DNA of 63,885 nt, the filler included, from Octopus bimaculoides (lineage: Eukaryota): the NCBI RefSeq assembly GCF_001194135.2. It is 6 parts of 5 records of this genome, joined end to end, with 100 filler letters (N's around TTAATTAATTAA, not from the genome) between each part and the next. Parts side by side here need not be neighbours in the genome. Positions count along the whole stretch, not along the records: positions 51,393 to 62,370 come from NC_068995.1; positions 62,471 to 63,885 come from NC_068983.1; 4 more parts are not named here. The stretch is one strand, 5' to 3'. A program made the translations under genes and the position numbers. Numbering within the stretch: the first letter of the stretch is position 1; each line of letters starts with the position of its first letter. The notes below the pieces were generated by a model that searched no databases, was not told the DNA's origin, and saw only the letters and a program-made list of their open reading frames with translations. Shown here in pieces: positions 52,530 to 63,885 of this stretch.

Positions 52530-53982
52530 TTATCTATCTCTATCTATCTATCTATCTATTTATCTCTATCTATATCTATATCTATCTATCTATCTAGCTA
52601 TCTCTATTTCTCTCTCTGTTTCATTCTCTTTCTCCCCCCCTCTCTCTCTCTCATACATACACACACACACACATTCATTCCTTCATCTCTTTCTCACACA
52701 GAATTTCTTTATCACTTGCTCTCATCTCTGTTTCTCATTCACAGGCCTATATGCACGTGCACGCCCATACACTCATTCTCTTGTGTCAGCGTGATAAACA
52801 CACACACACACACACACATACATACACACATACATACATACATACATACATGGCGGTTCTGCTTCTACTCCTGCTGCTGTTGTTTTATTGTTATTGTTGT
52901 TTAACTCCGGTTCACCACTAATGAAATAAAGCCCTGATCAAATATGGTTCGGCCATGACCATTCCATCGTTTTGAATATCCAGCATTATAATTGTCTGTT
53001 CTGGCATAGTTTTTACAGTTGGATGCCCTTCCTAATGCCAACCACTCCACAGAGTATACTGAGTGCTTTTCATGTGGCACCAGCACCAGTGCTTTTCATG
53101 TGGCACTAGTATGCATCCCTTTTATGTGACACCAGTGCTAGTATCAATCAACATAATATATTCCACCATTTCCCCACTGCCTATTTCTTAGTATACCTCA
53201 CACAGTATGCCATGTGTGTTCTTTCCATATCTCATTTACTAAGGTTTTGTGCATGTGTGATCATATTCACTACATGTCTCTACAAGCCGTGAATATGGTT
53301 GTACTATCATGTTGCACAACAAAACCACTTCATGTTAACAGTCGACAGAAGAGCTTCGTAATTCCTAGACTTCTCAGCTCAACATTGGTTTTTTTCTCAA
53401 TATATTATTAGCACAGATAAAATTCATTGATACTTTTAAAGTCAGCTGAGTGGAATAATTTTCCTTCAAAAAGCTACAGAACTGAGGCACGCCTTGCCTT
53501 GGCTATTGTTCAGTGTTAAATGTTAGGCTTAGTCAGCTGGCCTGACAACTGCATTTCTTTCTCAAACAGTTTTTATTTCTAATGAATATGGAAGTGCTTA
53601 GATATATATACATGAGTGTGTGTATTACATGTGTGTGTGTGTGTGAACATGTGAGTATGCATCTGACAGACACTACTGGTATATTCAGTAGCTCCACTTC
53701 TCTCAGTTTCAACACAGACATTGATACCTCTAACACTATTGGAGTATAGAGTTAGCTATTTAACATTTGGTCAACCTGTTCAAGCAAACAGACCTGTGAT
53801 CGTAAACATTCTAGCCATGACCATACCACCTTTTTTCCTTCTTCCTGACCACATAATCTAGTGTGTTGCTTTTTATAAGGTACATGATTTGAGATTTTGA
53901 CTGATATTTCTAGCATTCATGCGACCACATGCAGTATTTCTTTGTTGTCCTCCTGCCGGCTTAGTTACATATCATACCAAAT

Positions 53983-54366
53983 TTGTTGGCACTCCGTCAC
54001 TAACGACGTTGAAGGTTCCAGTTGATCCGATCAACGGAACAGCCTACTCGTGAAATTAACGTGCAAGCAGCTGAGCACTCCACAGACACGTGTACCCTTA
54101 ATGTAGTTCTCAGGGATATTCAGCATGACACAGTGTGACAAGGCTGACCCTTTGAATTACAGGCACAACAGAAACAGGAAGTAAGAGTGAGAGAAAGTTG
54201 TGGTGGAAGAGTACAGCAGGGTTCGCCACCCTCCCCTGCCGGAGCCTCGTGGAGCTTATAGGTGTTTTCGCTCAATAAACACTCACAACGCCCGGTCTGG
54301 GAATCGAAACCGCGATCCTATGACCGCGAGTCCGCTGCCTTAACCACTGAGCCATTGCGCCTCCAC
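53983..54366 (-). mobile_element. tRNA-derived SINE, family C, with 10-bp TSD
   Basis: Head gtggaggcgcaatggctcagtggttaagg (A box)...gtttcgattccc (B box); TSD cataccaaat at 53973-53982 and 54367-54376. Confidence 0.9.
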
Positions 54367-55183
54367 CATACCAAATAGAAACCGTTTAAACCATTCCAAA
54401 GTGATCTGGGAGTATAAATATTCACAAACATGTTTCTTAGATTGGTAAATATGTTGCCATCATTTCACAATGATCATGAGACATTTGGAGATATTTTGGG
54501 AATGTTTCTGACTTTATAACTAACCCAGTTATAATTCTTTCTTTTTTTTTTTTTGCATAATCTTGCATATCTGTTTTGCATATCTCAGTCATGAATCTCA
54601 TTTGAGTATCTAATTTGTATATTTCATTTCATTATCAGATCATTCTCAATAATTAACCACTCGGGAGGCTGGAAACAGTTAAAGCTAATCCAAGATTAAG
54701 ATATTTACACATCTCAGTTAAGTAAATAAACTGCAGTCATGGACAAGCTGAAAAAGAAGTCTCTAAGTGGTCTCTCAATCTGCTAGAAATAACAATCAAA
54801 TCTCCCTTAAATTACATCACATGAAGGACACATGGAGCAATGTAGTCATTAATCACTCGCACACACAGACACACACACACAGCAAAGACGTTCACTGCTT
54901 AAACACATTTGAGGAAAATTATGCTTGATCTGGGCTGACCTGGGGCTAAACAACAACAAATAATGTTTTATGGTAGTAGCAGAATCGGTAGAGCACCACA
55001 CAAAATATGTTGTGCCTAATTGTTTACATCTCATTACATTCTGCATTCAGATCCCACAACAGATTGACTTAGCACTTCAACACACCAAGATCGATAAAGT
55101 AAGTACCAATTACCAGTTTTACAAGAACTGGATCCTGACATAATCACTTTTACTCTAACAGCCCAATGGATAACATACATATA

Positions 55184-55880
55184 CAGGGTGACACCCCCCA
55201 AAAATATAAACGAGGGGGTGCTGAAAAGTTTCTGGCTTTGGGTAAAAGAAAATACAGGAGGATCAGTTCATTATGATTTTAGTTAAATTCAACATATTCC
55301 CCTTTCAGATTCCCACACTTATTGCAGTAGTCCTTCAGTTTTTCTAAGCCCTGTAAAAGAACTCAGACGGTTGGGCCTTCAGCCAGGCCTTTCGCGACAC
55401 CCTTAAAGTCAGGAACTTTTCAGCACCCCCTCACATACACTTTACAGTTGATAACCCACTTAATTTTCAATTCTTTTCAGATTAGATTTAACCCATTGGA
55501 ACTAATGAAGGGAGCCTACATTGAGGTCTTGGTAATAATTAAATCCTGGATAGACAGTGTATGCAATGGAAGGCCACATGTGTTTCAATAAGACTCTGCA
55601 CTACCACACATGGTTCTAGTAACACAGGAATGGATGGCTGGAAATTTTCATGATCACAGAAAATTCCCCAGATCTCAATCCATTGGACTATTACATGTGG
55701 AACATTGTTGAGAATGGGGTCAATGAACATGCCCATAACACCAAAGATTCTTTGAAAGCTGCCATAGTCAGAGTAATGTTCAAAATGAACCAGGACCAAT
55801 TGATTCGAGCATGTAGATGATTTAGATCTCATATAGAAGCAGTTGTTGAAGCTGAAGGTGGCTTTACTGAATGACATTAT
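55184..55880 (+). pseudogene. Tc1/mariner (maT/DD37D-like) transposon remnant
   Basis: TA|cagggtg terminus; RPHVFQ*DSA, SPDLNPLDYYMW and C-terminal RSHIEAVVEAEGGFTE*. Confidence 0.7.
55211..55432. mobile_element. Mariner-type MITE nested in the maT-like remnant
   Basis: 19-bp TIRs gagggggtgctgaaaagtt / aacttttcagcaccccctc. Confidence 0.85.
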
Positions 55881-56465
55881 AGAAAAGAAGGTTAATTTTT
55901 TCCTCATAACATTTTTTGATAAATAAAGTTATTATTTGTTATANNNNNNNNNNNNNNNNNNNNNNNNNNNNNNNNNNNNNNNNNNNNNNNNNNNNNNNNN
56001 NNNNNNNNNNNNNNNNNNNNNNNNNNNNNNNNNNNNNNNNNNNNNNNNNNNNNNNNNNNNNNNNNNNNNNNNNNNNNNNNNNNNNNNNNNNNNNNNNNNN
56101 NNNNNNNNNNNNNNNNNNNNNNNNNNNNNNNNNNNNNNNNNNNNNNNNNNNNNNNNNNNNNNNNNNNNNNNNNNNNNNNNNNNNNNNNNNNNNNNNNNNN
56201 NNNNNNNNNNNNNNNNNNNNNNNNNNNNNNNNNNNNNNNNNNNNNNNNNNNNNNNNNNNNNNNNNNNNNNNNNNNNNNNNNNNNNNNNNNNNNNNNNNNN
56301 NNNNNNNNNNNNNNNNNNNNNNNNNNNNNNNNNNNNNNNNNNNNNNNNNNNNNNNNNNNNNNNNNNNNNNNNNNNNNNNNNNNNNNNNNNNNNNNNNNNN
56401 NNNNNNNNNNNNNNNNNNNNNNNNNNNNNNNNNNNNNNNNNNNNNNNNNNNNNNNNNNNNNNNNN

Positions 56466-56499
<34 letters not shown>

Positions 56500-58793
56500 G
56501 TAGGGTATAAAGGTAAGGAATTTGTAGAGAAACACTCAACCTAAGTTCTATCAACACTATTGAATTCCAGACTAATACCAAAATTCTTCATGTGAAGAAA
56601 AATCCTGGTTTTACGATGGTAAAACCATTGTGCATGTCAAAGATCGACAACTGCCGCAAAGACAAAGAAATCCTTTCGCACATCTTTAATAATTTGTTAC
56701 AATTGTTTCTGTACCAACTCTGTTTGCAGTGTCAGTTTACGCAAAAATTCAAAGAGCACACCTCTGAAGCAAGTCTGATGAAGTGCAACTATAATGTCTA
56801 AATCGGCAAACATTATCTAAACTTTCACTTCATATTTTCGTGTAAACTGGTGTTGCAAGCAGAGTTGGAAGAGAAACAACTGTAACAAATCACTAAAAAT
56901 GTGTTAAAAGATTTTTTTGTCTTATTACCTGGATTATATATATATAGCATATGTTTGTATATGTGTGTGTATATGTGGAGAAAGAGAGAGATAGAGAGAT
57001 AGAAGTGGGGAATGTGTCCTGATTGTTCATATAGAATTAATACAATACTGATCCCGCAATATATTTTGAGATGGACATTATTATCATTGAGGGTGGGGTT
57101 GGGGAGCAGGGGTGGCATGAAGTAGAGACCCCTCCCTCCTCTAGTACGAGAAGTTGGCTTAGCATCAACCAGGAATTGATAATCACTGTCTGACATCTAG
57201 GATTCTATTCAATTCTATTTTATTCTGCTTTTTTTTTATACTGTTCCTTTTTTTTTTAAATTGTATTTTTTTTTTGTGTGTACCGTTGTTTGAAATGTAA
57301 AGGGATTGATGTCGGTGGGGGTATTTAGATAAGATAGGAAAACGCACACACACTTGTGCATCAGTGTGTGCAACACACACACTCTCACATACATACTTAC
57401 ATACACACACTCACAAGCACACACATACACACAAGCACAGATACACAAGCAAACACGTCAGATACATACACGTGTACACATACACAAAAATACACACACA
57501 CACTTGTGCAACACACACACTCTCACATACATACACACACACTCACAAGCACACACAAGAAAACACTTCAGATGCATGCACACATGCATGTGCAACATAC
57601 AAACACATGCAAATACATACACACTCACACATACATGCATGTGCAGCACACACACACAAGCATGAGCAGTACACACACAAATACAAGTAAACACTGCAGA
57701 TACATGCACATGTGCACAAGCATGTGCAACACACATACACAGATGTACATAGGCACACAAATACACATTCACACACACAAACACTGCAAATACACACACA
57801 CTCGAACACTGCATATACACGCATGCATGAATGAGGGAGTATCTCCTTGGTCCTTTGACCTGCAAGAAACAGCAGCCAAATATTCCTAATTCAAATCACA
57901 CTCAACTGTCTTAGGGAAGCCAGAGTAGATAATATAGCTTTTAGATACACCATCATAAGAGATAGTCATGATTGGAACAGCTTTACTTTGGTGTCAGTTT
58001 GGTCAGGCCTGATACGACAGTTAAATAACACACACACACACATTTATATAATGTTCCATGCAAATCTACTCAATAACTCAATCCACCAAATTATGTGTTT
58101 TTTTGTTTTTGTGGTTGTTATAGTTGCAATTTTTATGATTGATTTTGTTGTGGTGATTACAGGTATTTTCAGGTATGTTGAAGTTAGAGATAACACCTTT
58201 TGCAGCTTAGTGACTGTATAGTTAGGACTTTTTTACGGTGCACTGGTTGTCAATATCCACTTAATTCTCACCTAGGAACCCCAGAAAATGAGAGGGTCAC
58301 ATCCTAATAACTGCCTCAATTGACAGGCTAAACCAGGTTTGAGAGTTCAGTCATTTGCCAGTGACAAGTGGGGTTGCCTAGGATGAGGGCCTATCCTGGT
58401 GCCACAACGTCTCTGACAAACATGCAATTTGGCAAGGATCGCTAACACATATTGATCAGGCCTTTGATAAAAGTGTTCTAGTCATGTCCATTCTGTCTTT
58501 ATTTTGTTGGTATATCTAAGAGTAAAGGTGAAGGTAAAGTTATGTTCTTGAATCCTACCAATTCATAAGGGCCAGTTTTCTGGTTTCCATGGCGTATAAA
58601 TTCTTCACCTGGACCAGATGCTGGTCTGTTGCAGGATAACTCATTTTTGCCAGCTGAGTGGACTGAAGCAATGTGAATATATATATATATGTATGTATGC
58701 ATATATATATGTATGTATGTATATATGTGTGTGTATGTATATATATATATATGTATGTATATACATATATATATATACATATATCTGCATATG

Positions 58794-58824
<31 letters not shown>

Positions 58825-58965
58825 GCATATATATATGTATATATATATGTATATATATGTAAATATGTGTATATATATACAGATATATGTGTATATATAT
58901 GTATATCTATCTATATATATATATCTATATATATGTATCTATATCTATCTATGTATACCTATCTA

Positions 58966-59028
<63 letters not shown>

Positions 59029-59649
59029 NNNNNNNNNNNNNNNNNNNNNNNNNNNNNNNNNNNNNNNNNNNNNNNNNNNNNNNNNNNNNNNNNNNNNNGA
59101 GAGAGATAGGCGAAAGTAAAGAATACGTACACACGGTGGTTAGGGTTAATGTTTAGGGCTAGGGTTCGAGTTAGGGTTTTTGTTACGCCGAAAACGGGTT
59201 GTGTACGTATTCTTGGTTAACCTCCAGTTTTTGATCCTAGGAAAAAAATGAAAAAAAAAATAGTATTCGTTACCTCCGCCTATATATACGCGTGTGTATA
59301 TATGTATGTATATATATACATGAAGGCATGTTTGTTTTCTGTCTATATATATATATATATACACGTGTGTGTGTGTGTTGCGGGTGGTATATGTATATTG
59401 TAATATAGGATATTAATGTCAGATCTTGTAAGAAACGCCTCCGTATTTTGTATATATGATATACAAATATATTTGTGCATCTGTGCACATAAGGAATTAT
59501 ATATACATATGTATGTATATATATATATACATATGTATGTATATATATATATATATATATATATCATTGTCAGCAGCCGAATGCTATCTTTGTATGTATG
59601 TAACAAGTATTGCATCAGTCAGGCGCAGACTGTGTGTGCTCAGTTTCCG

Positions 59650-59760
59650 CCTACGTCACAGGATATTCCAACAAGTCGTAAACCACGAGACACGAGGCAG
59701 CACCACGTGCTCCGTGACGTCACCGACATGTGTGAGAAACGTAAAAGGCTGTGACGTAGT
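59650..59760 (+). promoter_or_regulatory. Candidate LARP6 promoter-proximal element with CRE/E-box cluster
   Basis: TGACGTCA at 59715-22, TACGTCA at 59652-58, TGACGTA at 59752-58 and CACGTG at 59704-09, in a CpG-rich unique stretch ~950 bp upstream of the ATG. Confidence 0.45.
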
Positions 59761-60666
59761 CGACAACGCCAGACAGTCAGCGGGACAGCAGCCGTACGAG
59801 GAGCGAAACCGGAATTATTTACTGACCCTGGTCTCTATCTTTTCTTTGGGTCGCAATTTTTTTATAACAACAACAATAAGGTTCGAAGAAGAAGAAGTAA
59901 AAGAAAAGAACTGCGCAGAGAAGCGGAGTGTAAAAAACAATAACATCTTCTTCAGAATCAGTGGTGGTGCTCCCTTCAACACATTGTGTCTCACCTTCGC
60001 GACTTTTAGAAGAATCGGACAGTAAAATAATCAACACCGGACTGATTGCTAGCTCGTACGACTGTGAGCTGCTGAAGACGGCTGTCCTGGGTCTGTTCTG
60101 CGTCCTTGATATATAAATATATAAATATATATCTAACTACATATGTACAGACATATATGTATGTCTATATGTGATATAAAAACATCTCCGAGCTGGTGTC
60201 TCGTCGTCAAGTCTTTTGGTAAGATTTTGCTGTGTTTGTTTTCTTAACCAAAACTACTTTAAAAAAACAGCTCCTTATGACAGTATGTCTTAATTCCATC
60301 TCCGTCTGTATATTTTCCGTAGACTGGCTTCTGTCGTCACTTTAATTCCACCACAACACCGTTATAATTACCATTATCATCATCACTACATAAAGCAATT
60401 ACTGTTAATCTTCCTCCTTTACAAAAAAAATAAATAATAATAATAATAAATTCTGCATCTATTTCCATATATCATCATTGCAATTACTACTGCTGCTACT
60501 ACTTACTACTCCTAACATTACTGCCACCATTACTACTACTACTACTGCTGTGATTCTCTCGCCCTCTGTGTCTCTTATTTCCCTGTCCCGAAATTAGTCG
60601 ACTCCGCTGAGCTCCCGAGAGAGCTTTTAAAATAAGTGAGAAGAGAAGTATAAAACGAAATAAATA

Positions 60667-62370
60667 ATGGGTGACTACAATAACCGCATGGCCGAATTGA
60701 ACTTGGATACCACCACTACCTTTGAAGCAAACGAAATGTCTGCTAAGAACAATAATAATAGCATTGGTAAGAGATCAACCACAGACATAATTACACCCGT
60801 TATCGAAGAGGGACAGTTTACCGATGCTGTTGACCAGGAGGAAGTAATGTCGCCCCCCACTAATGCCAGCGATAAGAATCACCAAGAACAACAACACGAC
60901 ACTCAGACTGCTGGCGAGGAGGATGAGGATGAGAACAACAAAAACGACGACGATGACGACGACACCACTTCTGTCAGTATCACCTCCGTCACCAGTGTCC
61001 CTGCCACTGCAAATGGAGTTGCTCACCGCGTTGATGATGATAATGACGACCAGAACAATTACCACGGCAACCACCAGCTGTCTTCAAATCTTCCCGTCGG
61101 AGATCCGGCTTCGACGCCACTTGCTGGTCCCTGTGCTTCGCCTCTCAAGGAACGGCAGCAACAAGAACGCGAACAAGATAAAGAAGTTGGAGGAGAAAGA
61201 GAGGTAGAATCGTTTAGACCAGTTGAAGTGGAAATTACTCCAGCCCAACCTCCTTTACCGGTGTTGGCACCTGCGCCTGTACTCCGAGTGGAACAGTTAC
61301 GGGAGGAAGATTATGGATCTTCGCCGTCTTCCTACACCAGTGAAGAGGAGGGCTATAGTTTTCCGGAATTCTCCGATGACCCCGAAGAGCGGGAGAAGCT
61401 TCCCGAATTTGTCGAACCAAGTGAAGAGCTTCAGGAGAAAATCGTTAACCAGGTGGAATTTTACTTCTCCGATGCCAACATCCTGAAAGATGCTTTCTTA
61501 TTGAAGCATGTTCGTCGTAACAAGCAGGGTTTCGTAAGCTTGAAGCTGTTAACCTCCTTCCGCAAAGTGAAAACGCTGTCCAAGGATTACCGTGTAGTGG
61601 CCTACAGTTTGCAGAAGTCCAAAGTTCTTGAAGTGAACGAGGAGGGTACTAAAGTCCGACGGATCGATTCCTTACCTGAGTATGATGAGACTACCCCTTC
61701 ACGGACTGTCGTTGTAGTCAACCTTCCAATCAAGAATCCAGCTATTGAAAATGTGGCCGAACTATTTTCCAAATGTGGAGTCATCTCTCTCATACGCATC
61801 CTGCGACCCAAAGGTTCCATACCACCGGATATTAAGAAATTCTCGTCCAAGCATCCAGAAATCGGTACTACACTTTGTGCTGTGATCGAATTTGAGACGT
61901 TCGAAGGTGCTAAACAAGCCTGTACCATGCACAATGCCGATGACTGGCGCAGTGGGATGCGTGTTGTGCAACTGTCTGCTAAGAAGAAAGAAAAAGACAA
62001 AAAGAAACCTGTTTCTTCGAATAATAACAATGCTAAGAGCGGTTCTGCGAACTCGAACACTGCCACAGACAAAGAGATTGTTAGTTTGGAAGATAAGAAG
62101 AAAAAGAAGGGGTGTCGAAAGAAGAAGCGAATTGAGGAACTCTGTCGCGAAACTGAGTCATCATGCTATAGTAGCGGATCTGAAGCGGACACTCCTCAGA
62201 CACTTTTACATATGCCTTCACTGGACCCTAGCAAACTGAGCCCTGTAACGACTCCTAAACCAAGCCCAAGGTCAACTCCGAAAAGCAGCCCGAGAACCCA
62301 GCGCCGGAAATGGATGACGAAAAAATCCCCCTTGGCTGAGACTGACAACAGTCCAAGGATTAGTCCACAG
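60667..62370 (+). CDS. LARP6: La-related protein 6 (Acheron)-like RNA-binding protein, 3'-incomplete
   Basis: 568 open codons. La motif (KIVNQVEFYFSDANILKDAFLLKHVRRNKQGFVSLKLLTSFRKVK...KVRR) is followed by an RRM (SRTVVVVNLP...CAVIEFE), a basic tract and an SP-rich region, then a gap. Confidence 0.92.
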
Positions 62371-62470
62371 NNNNNNNNNNNNNNNNNNNNNNNNNNNNNN
62401 NNNNNNNNNNNNNNTTAATTAATTAANNNNNNNNNNNNNNNNNNNNNNNNNNNNNNNNNNNNNNNNNNNN

Positions 62471-62503
<33 letters not shown>

Positions 62504-62546
62504 TTATATATATACATGTGTGTTTATGATATGAATACGTTCATGC

Positions 62547-62579
<33 letters not shown>

Positions 62580-63653
62580 TTGGTGTCTAGAAGACCCGAA
62601 GAGTGGCAGGTAATCGAACCAAGAGTATACTTGTTATACTTGTTTGAGTCATTTGACTGCAACCATGCTGGGGCACCGCCTTTGCTCGAACAAATCGACC
62701 GCAGGACTTATTCTTTGTAAGCCTAGTTCTTAATTGATCGGTCTGTTTTGCCGAACCGCTATGTTACGAAAACGTAAACATACCAGCATCACTTGTCAAG
62801 CGATGGTAAGGGGACACACAAACGTACACAGAAACATACACCGACACAAACAAAGATATACATATATATTGGACTGCGATCAATCCGGAGCACCGTCTTC
62901 AACAAATGAACCCAAGTACTTTTTTTTTTTTAAGTGTGGTAGTTATTCGATTGGTGTCTTTTGCCGAACCACTACGTGTGCGTGTGTAGACACGTAGCAT
63001 AGTGGTAAAAAGGGCATTGATCTTATGGCCGTAGAGTTGTGGATTAGATTCGTGAACTGCATAGTGTGCTGCGGCCTTGACCAAGGCTCTTTATTTCACG
63101 TTGGAGTCTATTTAGCTCAAAATGAAAGCCAACCGACTGCTGCAGCAACACCACCTCACCTCTCTCTGTCTTTCTTTCTCTCTCTCTCTATCCCTCTCTC
63201 TTTTCCTCTCTTTGTCGTCTTCCTATTGTTACATCTTCTATGTCCGGCTGGATCAAGGGTGAGAGGATCGAGACGACAGCTGCGTCTCCTCACGAATACA
63301 TAGACACCAACATCAATAGCGAAAGTGTTGCACAAGCTAACCAGTCATCCTCGGTAGACGATGACAGCTACATGTATGTATGTATGTGCGCGCGCAATTA
63401 TGTGTGCCCGTGTGTTTGTGTATATATGTGTGTATGACTCATTTACTGCTCTCAGTCAGTGGAACGTGGCCATGCTACGGCAACGCCTTGAAGTCTTTAG
63501 TCGGTCAAATTGATCGTGGTATTTCTTTTTAAGACGAGCACATATTCTATTCTACTTGGTATGTTTTGTCGAACCGTCTATTTTTGTGGATGTAAACAAA
63601 CCAATATCGGTAGTCAGACTGTGAGAGACAAATACAAGCTCGCACACACACAC

Positions 63654-63695
<42 letters not shown>

Positions 63696-63885
63696 ATTAT
63701 ATATATGGACTGATGCTTGCATTTACACACATGCACACACACATGCATAGCTACTTATACTTATATAATACAAGTAAACTGACTTGCAGAAAGAAGACAA
63801 ACAGACAGACAGATAGATAGGTGGTGGGTACATAGATAGACAAAGATCGTGCGCGGGAGAGAGAGGGGGGAGAGAGAGGGGGGAG

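Noticed and set aside
54290-54366. tRNA-like sequence (also the heads of SINE families A and B)
   Set aside because: A/B boxes are present but each continues into a SINE body, here with a TSD; not bona fide tRNA genes.
13606-59615. Numerous long ORFs rich in YI/HT/CV/X
   Set aside because: Translations of (TA)n, (CA)n and (TATG)n microsatellites and N gaps.
62415-62426. TTAATTAATTAA islands in the middle of N gaps (also ~17855, 40072, 44833, 51337)
   Set aside because: Identical 12-mer centred in ~100-N gaps with stops in all six frames: a scaffolding linker artefact. It also supplies the false stop of the LARP6 ORF at 62418.

Overview
Draft-quality, AT-rich animal genomic DNA with many N gaps and very dense microsatellites. 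The repeat families look like Octopus; that assignment is inferred from recall and was not database-checked. Two host genes are supportable. (1) A minus-strand 2.2-kb exon (11057->8837) encodes a long Ser/Thr/Pro low-complexity protein ending in one C2H2 finger (FHCPYCVISCSNRGQLQGHIRIHTG) followed by a phase-1 GT donor; the finger closely resembles finger 1 of Drosophila Huckebein. (2) A plus-strand uninterrupted ORF (60667->62370, running into a gap) encodes a La-motif + RRM protein of the LARP6 type, with a CRE/E-box cluster upstream. The ~50 kb between them is mostly transposon debris: an R4/Dong-like LINE in (AAT)n tracts, Helitron, mariner, rosa (DD41D), maT-like, RTE, Tx1-like and Penelope-like remnants, hAT MITEs and several tRNA-derived SINE families. 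The least ordinary signals are (a) several type-I hammerhead-ribozyme folds with minimal palindromic stem III, including a near-canonical inverted pair at 51484-51629 and non-canonical core variants; (b) at least six local foldback/inverted duplications; and (c) a triplicated unit in which hAT MITEs sit at the same target site. I cannot establish a genuinely new biological system from sequence alone. The ribozyme variants are the best lead.
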